64,000 nt of DNA from Candidatus Hydrogenedentota bacterium (GTDB lineage: Bacteria; Hydrogenedentota; Hydrogenedentia; Hydrogenedentales; SLHB01). This document shows, piece after piece, positions 9,756-19,084 of this stretch (within the stretch, counting starts at the first letter, position 1; every line of letters starts with the position of its first letter). Position numbers and translations under genes: made by a program. The notes below the pieces were generated by a model. It had not been told where the DNA came from, made no database searches, and worked only from the letters and a program-made list of their open reading frames with translations. The DNA is taken from positions 73,973-137,972 of the forward strand of contig JAKPDK010000167.1 of assembly GCA_029552745.1 (NCBI GenBank), in the 5' to 3' direction.

Positions 9756-11567
9756 CTAGTCCAATTCAAACACGGATTTCCAGGAGTCATCTTCTTCCCA
9801 CAGCGGCTGCTCTTTTTTATCGAGAAGAAACGACTCCAAGACCAAATAGTCCATACGCGTCCGCATAAAACATACATAAGCCTCGTGCGGCGTGCAGACA
9901 ATCGGTTCGCCGCGCACATTGAACGACGTGTTGATAAGCACAGGGCAACCCGTCAAGCGCTGAAACGACTGTAGCAAACGGTAAAAGCGAGGATGATATT
10001 TTTCGTCCACGGTTTGGATGCGAGCGGAATTGTCCACATGCGTTACCGCAGGAATGTCCGAACGCACGACACGAAGTTTGTCGAGGCCTTGCGCGTTTTG
10101 CTCAAGGTCGCTGAGTGGTCGTAGCCGTTCGGCACGCACAGGCGCCGTAAGCAACATATACGGGCTGTCACGGTCTAACTCAAAATAGTCAGCCACCTTT
10201 TCCCGAAGTACCGCCGGTGCAAAAGGTCGAAACGACTCGCGAAACTTGATCTTAAGGTTTAATACAGACTGCATCTGGGGCGACCGTGCGTCCGCCAGAA
10301 TGCTGCGCGCACCCAACGCCCGCGGACCAAATTCCATGCGTCCCTGAAACCAACCTACTACATTCCCCTCAGCGATCAAGTGCGCGACACGGTCACACAA
10401 CACGTCCTCACGAAGCTGTTCATAGGTGATTCGGTTTTCTTCAAGATACGATTGTATGGTCTCATCGCTGAATGCGGGACCCAAATAAGACCCTTTCTGT
10501 CTCAACGGATCCGCCACGCGAGGATGATCTAGCACGTGGTGCCATGCGAACAGCGCGGCGCCAAGCGCACTCCCCGCGTCGCTCGCCGCCGGCTGAACCC
10601 ACAAATCCTCAAAGGGACCCTCACGAAGAAGTCGACCATTCGCGACACAGTTCAATGCAACCCCGCCCGCAAGCACGAGGTTCTTTAGCCCGGTACGTCG
10701 ATGGAGGGTTCGCGCCAAACGGAGGATAACCTCTTCGGTGACATCTTGAATCGACCTAGCCAGGTCCATTTCGCGATGCGTAATGGGGTCTTCAGGACGA
10801 CGCGGCGGCCCACCAAATAGTTCGGCGAACCGCGCGTTTGTCATGCGCAAACCACCACAGAAATCGAAATAATCCAGATTTAGCCGATAAGACCCGTCTT
10901 CTTTGATGTGAATCAGCTTGTTGGTAATGAGATCAACATAGCGGGGCTCTCCATAAGGGGCAAGTCCCATCAGTTTGTATTCGCCGCTGTTCACCTTGAA
11001 ACCCGTGAAATACGTAAACGCCGAATACAATAAACCCAGCGAGTGCGGAAAATTGATTTGGTGCGTTAGCTCGATGCGGTTGCCTCTCCCGATGCCTTGC
11101 GTCGTCGTCGCCCACTCTCCTACCCCATCCAAAGTAAGAATGGCGGCTTCCTCGAAAGGACTGGGAAAAAACGCCGCCGCGGCATGTGCTTCATGGTGCT
11201 GGACGAACAAAATGCGTCCCTGATAGCCGACATGTTTTCGGATTGTGGCTCGCATGAACAACTTTTCTTTCAACCACGATGGCATCTGCACCCAGAACGA
11301 AGCGAGCCCCCGTGGCGCAACGGCTAGGTACGTCGACAACAATCGGTCAAATTTCAGGAAAGGCTTTTCGTAAAAGACGACATAGTCAATCTCTTTTTGG
11401 GAAATGCCGGCTTCGTCGAGACAATAGCGAATGGCATGGTCAGGAAAAGCGGGATCATGTTTCTTGCGGGTGAAGCGTTCCTCCTGGACTGCGGCGCGTA
11501 TTTCGCCGTCCTGAATCAAACACGCCGCACTGTCGTGATAAAATGCCGATATACCCAGAATGTTCAT
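9756..11567 (-). CDS. carbamoyltransferase, NodU/CmcH/HypF-Kae1 fold family
   Basis: N-terminal MNILGISAFYHDSAACLIQDGEI..AVQEERFTRKKHD (Kae1/YgjD-like carbamoyltransferase N-domain), 603 aa typical length; GGAGA SD. Confidence 0.85.
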   Translation of the reverse strand: MNILGISAFYHDSAACLIQDGEIRAAVQEERFTRKKHDPAFPDHAIRYCLDEAGISQKEIDYVVFYEKPFLKFDRLLSTYLAVAPRGLASFWVQMPSWLKEKLFMRATIRKHVGYQGRILFVQHHEAHAAAAFFPSPFEEAAILTLDGVGEWATTTQGIGRGNRIELTHQINFPHSLGLLYSAFTYFTGFKVNSGEYKLMGLAPYGEPRYVDLITNKLIHIKEDGSYRLNLDYFDFCGGLRMTNARFAELFGGPPRRPEDPITHREMDLARSIQDVTEEVILRLARTLHRRTGLKNLVLAGGVALNCVANGRLLREGPFEDLWVQPAASDAGSALGAALFAWHHVLDHPRVADPLRQKGSYLGPAFSDETIQSYLEENRITYEQLREDVLCDRVAHLIAEGNVVGWFQGRMEFGPRALGARSILADARSPQMQSVLNLKIKFRESFRPFAPAVLREKVADYFELDRDSPYMLLTAPVRAERLRPLSDLEQNAQGLDKLRVVRSDIPAVTHVDNSARIQTVDEKYHPRFYRLLQSFQRLTGCPVLINTSFNVRGEPIVCTPHEAYVCFMRTRMDYLVLESFLLDKKEQPLWEEDDSWKSVFELD

Positions 11568-11739
11568 GCCATCTCCAAAACGGATAATACCCAGCCTCCC
11601 TAAAAGCGTTCAAGCAATTGGATAAGTACAGTACCGTTGGCACTTGTTGTCATGTTAGATGAGCAATCGAAGAGAAAATTTTCTATGAAGGTTATTGAGA
11701 GGAAGGCACTGACGCGAAGCCTCATAGCTAGGTTTGATC

Positions 11740-12185
11740 TGTCTGTGCCCCCATTTAGTCCTCCCGCATGCGGGGGGAAACAACGGTGCGCGCCTCGTTT
11801 GCGACTGTGATTGGCTTAATCCCCCGCACGCGGGGGAAACAACGAGATGTCCCGGATGCCAGGCGATGGCTGAATTAGTCGCCCCCATGGGGGCAAGGGG
11901 AGGGCTGAACCATGGGAGGCGGCGTGGTAGGGGCGAGGCATGCCTCGCCATACGGGGAAGGCGTGGTAGGGCGAGCACGGGGGCTCGCCCCTACAGGGGA
12001 TCGCAGGGAGGGGTTTCACCCTATCTCGTTGGGTTTGATGTCCCCCCGTTGTCATTGCGAGGAGCGAGTCCCCGAGCGACGAAGCAATCCCCTCAACCGC
12101 GTAGCGCAAGAGGGCCTTCTGCCAAGGTTGGGCTATCTCCCAAACCTCGCGGGGATTGCCACGTCGTACCTGCGGCACTCCTCGC
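11740..12185. repeat. composite intergenic repeat block: 2x CCCGCAYGCGGGGGAAACAACG hairpins, 2x GGGCGAGC-loop-GCTCGCCC hairpins, then 48-bp module in forward and inverted orientation
   Basis: Direct comparison with copies at other loci in the window. Confidence 0.7.
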
Positions 12186-12349
12186 AATGACAACCGGGCG
12201 TACAAGCCTAGTCTACGCCCTCGATGCAGTGCCGAAGGTTTGTGAACTTATGCATGTCTCGAAGCTAATCCCGCGCGAGCGGCAACTTGCACGTCTCGGA
12301 TGATTGAATAACACGGTTATTTGTGCTCTGTGCTAAAATGCACCCACGT

Positions 12350-13582
12350 ATGAATAAGGAACTGGTATATCTAGCGAGTGAATATCCCGCCGTTTCGCAT
12401 ACGTTTGTTTTCCGCGAGATACAGGCGCTGCGAAGCTTGGGATTCGTCATTGACACCGCCTCCATCCGGAAGTCCGATCGTCTGGAGGTGATGTCGCAGG
12501 CAGAACGGTCTGAAGCGGAAAACACCTTCTACGTGAAGGCGCAGCCGTGGCTTCTTATTTTGCTTGCCCACGCGCAGCTGTTCTTTCGCGCACCGCATCG
12601 CTATATGGCAATGGCGCTGCATGCCTTGCGCTATCGTTTTCGCGCTCCGCTTCGTTCGGTTGCGGCTTTGGGATATTTTGTGGAAGCCGGCATCTTGGTT
12701 TACTGGATGTTGAAACGGCGAAGGCGACACGTCCACGTCCACTTTGCCAACCCTGCTGCAACCGTCGCGCTGATCGCATCGCGGTCGGGATGGGTCACGT
12801 TCAGTTTAAGTGTCCATGGCCCCGACGTCTTCTATAACGTCGACAAGAATCTATTGGAAGAGAAATTTAAGCACGCCGTATTCGTCCGATGCATCAGTTA
12901 CTATTGCCTTAGCCAAGTCCAACGACTTTTGCCCATTGATCAATGGTCAAAATGCGCCATCGTCCGGTGCGGAATCGACCTCGCTCAATTTCAACCGAGA
13001 CCGTCTCCCGTTGCGAATCCCCCCGAGATCCTTTGCGTCGGCCGTTTGACACCCGCAAAGGGGCAAGCCGTGCTGTTGCATGCCTGCCGCCTATTGCGCG
13101 TTCGGGGCAGGGCGTTTCATCTCACACTAGTCGGAGACGGTCCAGACCGCGTGATGCTGGAATCCCTCGCGCAGGAATTGGAAATAGCCGATGCAGTGCA
13201 TTTTGCTGGCGCGGTGGGTCAACATGAGATTCAGGCTTACTATGACCGGGCTACCGTCTTTGTGCTGCCCAGTTTTGCGGAAGGGTTACCGGTTGTCCTC
13301 ATGGAAGCAATGGCAAAAGGGGTGCCCTGTCTGTCGACACGCATAACCGGCATCCCCGAACTTATTCGCCACGGCGAAAATGGGCTGCTCGTCACTCCGG
13401 CTGATGTGCAAGGTCTTGCGGTTGCCATTGAAGAGCTCCTACGTGAACCATCCACATGCGAACGTTTTTCCAATGAGGGACGCGCCACCGTGGAACGAGA
13501 CTTCGACCTGGGAAAAAATGCAAGCACGATGGCTTCGTTGTTCAACCAGTACCTATTTTCAGACGAGGCAGACCCGCCATGA
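12350..13582 (+). CDS. GT4-family glycosyltransferase (WcaL-like)
   Basis: C-terminal VLPSFAEGLPVVLMEAMAKGVPCLSTRITGIPELI..GENGLLV (GT4 E-x7-E region); N-terminal YLASEYPAVSHTFVFREI typical of WcaL-like; start ambiguous (ATG 12338 or 12350). Confidence 0.8.
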   Translation: MNKELVYLASEYPAVSHTFVFREIQALRSLGFVIDTASIRKSDRLEVMSQAERSEAENTFYVKAQPWLLILLAHAQLFFRAPHRYMAMALHALRYRFRAPLRSVAALGYFVEAGILVYWMLKRRRRHVHVHFANPAATVALIASRSGWVTFSLSVHGPDVFYNVDKNLLEEKFKHAVFVRCISYYCLSQVQRLLPIDQWSKCAIVRCGIDLAQFQPRPSPVANPPEILCVGRLTPAKGQAVLLHACRLLRVRGRAFHLTLVGDGPDRVMLESLAQELEIADAVHFAGAVGQHEIQAYYDRATVFVLPSFAEGLPVVLMEAMAKGVPCLSTRITGIPELIRHGENGLLVTPADVQGLAVAIEELLREPSTCERFSNEGRATVERDFDLGKNASTMASLFNQYLFSDEADPP

Positions 13583-14823
13583 TGATCTTTTTTGACGTCG
13601 CTCTCATCATCCTTGGCGCCTATGTGCTTATCGTCACAATGCATCTTGTCCTTTTGAGCGCCGCCGCATGCCTCCCACGGGCTGCACGCAACAACCCGCA
13701 CCTAGAACCCATCAAGATTGCCGTGGTTGTCCCCGCGCATAACGAAGAAGCGACGATTGCCAAGACCGTTGCAAACATTCTGGCTTGTGATTATCCAAGG
13801 GAACACCGTTCCTTGTTCGTCATCGCAGACAACTGTTCTGACAACACGGCAGCGCGTGCCAAAGAAGCGGGTGCAGTCGTTGTCGTGCGTGTCGATCCCG
13901 ACAACCGCGGCAAAGGCCAAGCCCTCGACTGGTTTCTGCGCTGCCATAGCATGTCTTTGAAGCCATATGACGTTCTGGTACTTCTCGACGCGGATGTTGA
14001 GGTAGCCCCGGACTTTTTGAGGGCAATGCGGGATGCGTTTGCAGACCCCACAGTTCAAGCCGGTCAATCGTATAACGGCGTCGCGAACCCTTCAGAAAAC
14101 TGGCGGACCGCGCTGACTTACGCGGGCTTCGCCGGCGTCAATCACTTGAGACCGTTGGGGCAAATGCGCCTATTCGGCGGGACCATGTTGAAAGGGACGG
14201 GTATGGCGTTCCGTACCGATGTACTCTTGGCACAGGGTTGGCCGCCACGTTCTATCGTGGAGGACATGGAGATGACTTTGACCTTGGCACAAACCGGCGT
14301 CGCCGTGCACTATGTCCCCGAAGCGCGGATGGTTTCTTGTGCAGAAAAAACCGCCTCCCAAGCAAGCTCGCAGCGACGCCGTTGGGAAGGAGGCAGGTTT
14401 CAGCTCATGGCTCATTATGTGCCGCGTCTTCTGTTTTCGAGCGCGCGTAGACCCCGGCTGCTGCTGTTAGGGTTGTTACTGGAATTGTTGACCCCACCGT
14501 TGACCGTGACGGTGTTGACCACCGTACTATGGGGCGTTGTTTTATTAGTCCGGGGATGGTACGAAGCCAGTGGGGTCGCCGCGTTGTGTCTTGCGGGTTT
14601 AGGGGTTTACGTCGCCACTGCCTTGTATCTGGTCCGAGCGCCGCGTCGCGTTTGGGCAGCACTTCTGCAAGCACCCTTCTTTATCGTGTGGAAATTCGTC
14701 GTTTATTGTGGTTTAATCTTGCACCCAGAAAAGAATTGGGTGAGGACGGCGCGCACCTCGTCGCCTCGCGAGCCTCGAGACTCGGAAGAGTCGCCGCCGA
14801 TGAAAGAGGACAACGTTGTATGA
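13579..14823 (+). CDS. GT2-family membrane glycosyltransferase
   Basis: VVVPAHNEE, ADNCSDNT, DxD-type DADVE, C-terminal TM helices; ATGA overlap with upstream GT4. Confidence 0.8.
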   Translation: MMIFFDVALIILGAYVLIVTMHLVLLSAAACLPRAARNNPHLEPIKIAVVVPAHNEEATIAKTVANILACDYPREHRSLFVIADNCSDNTAARAKEAGAVVVVRVDPDNRGKGQALDWFLRCHSMSLKPYDVLVLLDADVEVAPDFLRAMRDAFADPTVQAGQSYNGVANPSENWRTALTYAGFAGVNHLRPLGQMRLFGGTMLKGTGMAFRTDVLLAQGWPPRSIVEDMEMTLTLAQTGVAVHYVPEARMVSCAEKTASQASSQRRRWEGGRFQLMAHYVPRLLFSSARRPRLLLLGLLLELLTPPLTVTVLTTVLWGVVLLVRGWYEASGVAALCLAGLGVYVATALYLVRAPRRVWAALLQAPFFIVWKFVVYCGLILHPEKNWVRTARTSSPREPRDSEESPPMKEDNVV

Positions 14824-16094
14824 ACTTGTTGTGTGGAAGTTCTGCGCTACGCGGAGAGGTCACGATCCCTGGATCGAAGTCGCACACGATCCGTGCGGTT
14901 GCCATCGCTGCTTTGGCGGACGGCGAAAGTCATATAGAACGTCCATTGGAATCCGATGATGCGCGCGCTGCCGTGACGGTTTACGGCGCGCTGGGCGCTG
15001 AAATCGAAACAAGCAACGACGTTTGGCGCGTACAGGGCACGGGCGGCAATCTTCGAATACCCGAGAACGTCCTCGATGTTGGAAATTCCGGCACAACGCT
15101 GCGATTGGCGATGGGTTCATGTGCGCTGCTCCGTGAAGGGCTTGCTGTGCTCACGGGCGATGACCAAATCAGACGTCGTCCCGGCGGTCCCTTGGCACAG
15201 GCGCTCACCAACCTTGGCGCCTGCGTACAATCCACCCGCAACAACGGCTGCGCGCCGTTTGTTGTGCGCGGCAGACTGCAAGGTGGAAAAACAAGCATTG
15301 AAGCGATCACCAGTCAGTATCTGTCAAGTCTGCTTCTTAACACACCTCTTGGCGATAATGACACGGTCATCGAAGTACCCGTGCTGAATGAACAACCGTA
15401 CGTGGAAATGACCCTGGATTGGCTGGCACGGCAAGGCGTTGTAATTGAGAATGAAAACTTCAAGCGTTTCTATGTACGGGGAGGACAACACTACAAGCCC
15501 GTGCGCCGCGCCATACCTGCCGACTTCTCCAGTGCGACCTTCTTCCTTGCTGCTGGTGCCCTACCGGGAAATGACATTCTCGTGCGTGGGCTCGATATGA
15601 ACGATACACAAGGCGACAAAGCGGTTGTGGATTACGTAAAGAGCATGGGCGCCAACGTGCAGATTCAGCCGGAAGGTATCCGCGTAGCCGCCCAGGACCT
15701 CGTCGGACGCGAAATCGATTTGAACGCAACACCCGATGCGTTGCCCATGCTGGCGGTGTTGGCTTGTTTTGCCCGAGGAACCACACGGCTTGTCAACGTG
15801 CCACAGGCACGGCTAAAAGAAACCGACCGTATCGCGGTGATGCGTGAGGAACTGACCAAACTGGGCGGCAAAATCACCGAACTGCCCGACGGGTTGGTAA
15901 TCGAAGAAAGTAGGCTACACAGCGGAACGGTAGAGGGACACGGCGATCACCGGGTGATCATGGCACTCGCGATCGGCGCCACTCAAATCCCCGGAACAAC
16001 CCGCATCCGGGGGTGCGAAGCTATGTCAGTCACGTATCCGACCTTTGTCGAGACGGTGTCACAATTGGGCGGCAACGTACAAGTAGAAAAGTAA
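14820..16094 (+). CDS. aroA: 3-phosphoshikimate 1-carboxyvinyltransferase (EPSP synthase)
   Basis: GEVTIPGSKSHTIRA, LDVGNSGTTLRL, typical 425 aa; ATG overlaps GT2 stop (ATGA at 14820-14823). Confidence 0.9.
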   Translation: MNLLCGSSALRGEVTIPGSKSHTIRAVAIAALADGESHIERPLESDDARAAVTVYGALGAEIETSNDVWRVQGTGGNLRIPENVLDVGNSGTTLRLAMGSCALLREGLAVLTGDDQIRRRPGGPLAQALTNLGACVQSTRNNGCAPFVVRGRLQGGKTSIEAITSQYLSSLLLNTPLGDNDTVIEVPVLNEQPYVEMTLDWLARQGVVIENENFKRFYVRGGQHYKPVRRAIPADFSSATFFLAAGALPGNDILVRGLDMNDTQGDKAVVDYVKSMGANVQIQPEGIRVAAQDLVGREIDLNATPDALPMLAVLACFARGTTRLVNVPQARLKETDRIAVMREELTKLGGKITELPDGLVIEESRLHSGTVEGHGDHRVIMALAIGATQIPGTTRIRGCEAMSVTYPTFVETVSQLGGNVQVEK

Positions 16095-16122
16095 ACGGAC
16101 TCATCAGGAAGGAGGTTCGGTC

Positions 16123-17445
16123 ATGTTAGGGTGCAGTTACGGACGCTTGTTTCAAGTCGCAATCGCAGGTGGTTCCTATCAGGAAGGACTTACTGTTCAC
16201 ATCCAGGGCGTTCCCCCAGGATTGCTCATCACTGAGGAAGAAATCTACCGAGACCTCCTGCTGCGCAAGCCCGGACAAGGTGAGTTGACCTCACCGCGGC
16301 GCGAACCCGACGTACCGGTGATCTACAGCGGCGTCAATGCCGCCGACACCATGCCCGGGTTTAACAACAAAGGCAGAACAAACGGCACTCCTTTTGTCAT
16401 TCTGATCCCAAATCTCGACCGACATTTTGAACACATCGAACAATACCAGCTGACAAATCGGACACCTCGTCCGGGGCATGCTTCTTATGCATCCTATCAA
16501 AAATACGGGGAATGGGATGATGCTATCGGCGCAGGATTTTTTAGCGGACGCTATACATCAACCATCGTCGCTGCGGGAGTCGTCGCAAAACGTATATTGA
16601 AGGAACACGGTATTGAGGTGTTCGGCTATGTCAAAGAGGCGGCCGGTGTTCGTGCCCCGGATGTCGACCTGCTTACCGCAAAACAAAAAGTGGAGACATT
16701 CAAGGAAATTCGGCGCCGCCATGACGTGATCTACGACTGGGTATTCGGTGAAAAGCGCATTACACCGGATATGCGGTTTCTTCAAAAGATGGCAGTGCTT
16801 GCGGAACTCGAGCAACGTCTTATTCAAATTCGCGCCGAATCAAAACCCATGGATATCGACGCCGTTCGCAAAGAATATGGTATCCATCCGCTTCTCAACT
16901 GCCCCGACCCCGACGCCGCAGAAGAAATGTACAAGAAAATCATCGAGATTCGTGACCAAGGTGACTCCAGCGGCGGCCTCGTCGAAATTGTGGCGCTAGG
17001 GATGCCGGTGGGAGTTGGCGAACCAATGTTCAGCAAGCTGGATGGAGAACTCGGACGTATGATGAGCATCGGCACCATCAAAGCCGTCGAAATCGGCGCC
17101 GGTTATGCCGTCAAAGACATGACCGGTTCTCAATGCAACGACCAAATGCGCGTCGAAAACGGCAAAGTCGTTTTCAAGAGCAATCACGCCGGCGGTATCA
17201 CCGGCGGTCTCACCACCGGTCAGCCTATCGTGGCGCGGCTCGCCGTCAAACCAACGCCCACCATCGCCAAAGATCAAGAAACCATTGATAAAGTGTCACT
17301 CGAAAACGCCACCCTACGTGCTGTCACACGTCGCGACCCCACCATCGTGGCGCGGGTGTGGCCTGTGGCGGAAGCCTTCATGGCGATCGTGCTGCTGGAT
17401 CAGTATATGATGCACCTGGGCTATCGTGCCCTGTGGGCAAAATGA
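16123..17445 (+). CDS. aroC: chorismate synthase (divergent: ~70-aa insertion, GESHG motif replaced by GGSYQEG)
   Basis: GRLFQV, RPGHASY, GGITGGLTTGQPI..KPTPTI, RRDPTIVARVWPVAEAFMAIVLLD; GGAAGGAGG SD. Confidence 0.85.
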   Translation: MLGCSYGRLFQVAIAGGSYQEGLTVHIQGVPPGLLITEEEIYRDLLLRKPGQGELTSPRREPDVPVIYSGVNAADTMPGFNNKGRTNGTPFVILIPNLDRHFEHIEQYQLTNRTPRPGHASYASYQKYGEWDDAIGAGFFSGRYTSTIVAAGVVAKRILKEHGIEVFGYVKEAAGVRAPDVDLLTAKQKVETFKEIRRRHDVIYDWVFGEKRITPDMRFLQKMAVLAELEQRLIQIRAESKPMDIDAVRKEYGIHPLLNCPDPDAAEEMYKKIIEIRDQGDSSGGLVEIVALGMPVGVGEPMFSKLDGELGRMMSIGTIKAVEIGAGYAVKDMTGSQCNDQMRVENGKVVFKSNHAGGITGGLTTGQPIVARLAVKPTPTIAKDQETIDKVSLENATLRAVTRRDPTIVARVWPVAEAFMAIVLLDQYMMHLGYRALWAK

Positions 17446-17609
17446 GAAGGAGTGGTATTTTTACAACCCGGTAAACGTCTCCCAGCGGCGGCTCAAACCG
17501 TTCTCATGAGGAACCGAAAACGTCCGGAATGCTACGGACATCGGGAGCGTTTTATCAAGATACCCGGCGTGGTAGAATTATCCACAGGCTGAACCAGAAA
17601 GGAAACGAC

Positions 17610-18119
17610 GTGAACATCATTCTCATAGGATTTCGCGGCACCGGCAAATCGAGTGTGGCGGAACTCGTCGCCATGGCAACCAACCGCGACGTGTTTCACA
17701 TGGACAGCGCCATCGCTGAACTAGCCAAGTGCCCCACCGCGCAATTCGTGAAAGAAAAAGGGTGGGAAGCCTTCTGGGAGCTGGAACAACGCGTCGCCCA
17801 GGAAGCAGCACAAAAACAGAATACCGTCATCGATACCGGCGGCGGGGTCATCCGACACGAAGACCACATGGCGGCTTTGAAAAAAACCGGTGTTGTCTTT
17901 TGGCTCACCGCACAACCCTCTACCATTCGAGAGCGGCTCAGTGAGTTCAAAGACAGACCCTCTATCACGCCACATCGTTCCTTTCTCGACGAAGTAGAAG
18001 AAGTCCTGGAAGCCCGCGAACCATTTTACGCGCAATACGCTGACCACCAAATCCCCACCGACAACCGTACCCTGGGCGAAATAGCGAACGACATTATTCA
18101 AATCGTCTGCGGGGGTTGA
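17610..18119 (+). CDS. aroK: shikimate kinase
   Basis: GTG start after AAAGGAAA; Walker A GFRGTGKSSV, NMP-kinase fold length ~170 aa. Confidence 0.8.
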   Translation: MNIILIGFRGTGKSSVAELVAMATNRDVFHMDSAIAELAKCPTAQFVKEKGWEAFWELEQRVAQEAAQKQNTVIDTGGGVIRHEDHMAALKKTGVVFWLTAQPSTIRERLSEFKDRPSITPHRSFLDEVEEVLEAREPFYAQYADHQIPTDNRTLGEIANDIIQIVCGG

Positions 18120-18194
18120 GGCAATTCCCCCGGTATTCGGCAATCACAACCCAGACTGACGCCGACCTCGCCGCCACCCAGGACAAAAGCCGCC

Positions 18195-18390
18195 CTCCAC
18201 ATTGTCATTGCGAGGAGTGCCGCCAACCACGACGTCTTCTCGCTCTAGGTCTTCAGGTTGTTGTTGGAGGAGTGCCGTCAGGCACGACCTCTTCTTGCGC
18301 TACGTCCCCAGGTTGTCATTGCGAGGAGCCCCGAAGGGGCGACGTGGCAATCCCCTCGGGAATCCGAAGATGACCCTGCCCTGAATATTG
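18195..18390. repeat. dispersed repeat block (three forward 48-bp modules, one degenerate)
   Basis: TTGTCATTGCGAGGAG...GGCAATCCCCTCGGGAA copies. Confidence 0.7.
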
Positions 18391-18505
18391 ACCCCGAGTG
18401 TGATGACGTGACCTTTTCTTCAAATTCGCTCTTCCCTTCCAGTTGGACGGAACAACAACGACCTGTGCATAATGAGGAGACAAAACAACTAGGAGTTTTT
18501 CACAC

Positions 18506-19084
18506 ATGCCAATGCCAGTTGAATTTCTCCCCACTGAGTTAGAAGGGGTCATGGTGGTGCGTTCCGGACGCGCGGATGATCAGCGAGGGTACTTTTGCGA
18601 ATTGTATTCGGAGAAAATGTGGGCAGAGAAAGGGATGCACGTCCGTTTCGTACAAGACAATTTGAGTTTCTCGCATAAGGGCGTGTTGCGCGGGCTCCAT
18701 TACCAAATAGAGCCCTATGCGATCGGCAAATTTGTGCGCGTATTACGAGGCGCTGCGTTTGATGTTGCGGTAGATCTCCGTCGGGGTTCGCCCACGTTTG
18801 GCAAGTGGATGGGTATGATTTTGAAGGAATGCGATAGTCTCGCTTTGTGGATACCTGCTGGGTTTGCGCACGGCTTCCTAGCATTAGAAGACAACACGAC
18901 CATGTTGTACAAGGGAACGACACCCCACGTGCCCGAAGCCGAGCGAACCCTGTCATATCGTTGTCCGCGGGTTGGCGTGGTTTGGCCCTTTGAGCCACGG
19001 ATCATCTCGCCCAAAGACGAAAACGCCCCCGATCTGGATCACGCCGAAATCAACTTCACGTATCGTCCTCAAACATCAGCCTGA
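18506..19084 (+). CDS. rmlC: dTDP-4-dehydrorhamnose 3,5-epimerase
   Basis: RGLHYQ, cupin fold motifs GKFVRVLRGAAFDVAVDLRRGSPTFGKW, 192 aa. Confidence 0.85.
   Translation: MPMPVEFLPTELEGVMVVRSGRADDQRGYFCELYSEKMWAEKGMHVRFVQDNLSFSHKGVLRGLHYQIEPYAIGKFVRVLRGAAFDVAVDLRRGSPTFGKWMGMILKECDSLALWIPAGFAHGFLALEDNTTMLYKGTTPHVPEAERTLSYRCPRVGVVWPFEPRIISPKDENAPDLDHAEINFTYRPQTSA

Noticed and set aside
11734-12303. ORFs of 129-189 aa on both strands inside repeat blocks (also 26348-26806, 35170-35664, 43709-44292)
   Set aside because: They are translations of GC-rich hairpin repeats (Arg/Gly/Pro-rich, low complexity), have no SD sites, and the same 'proteins' recur wherever the repeat recurs.
14529-14819. N-terminal extension of aroA ORF (521 aa as listed)
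   Set aside because: The extension overlaps GT2 in another frame. EPSP synthase homology begins at MNLLCGSS (14820), which forms an ATGA junction with the GT2 stop.
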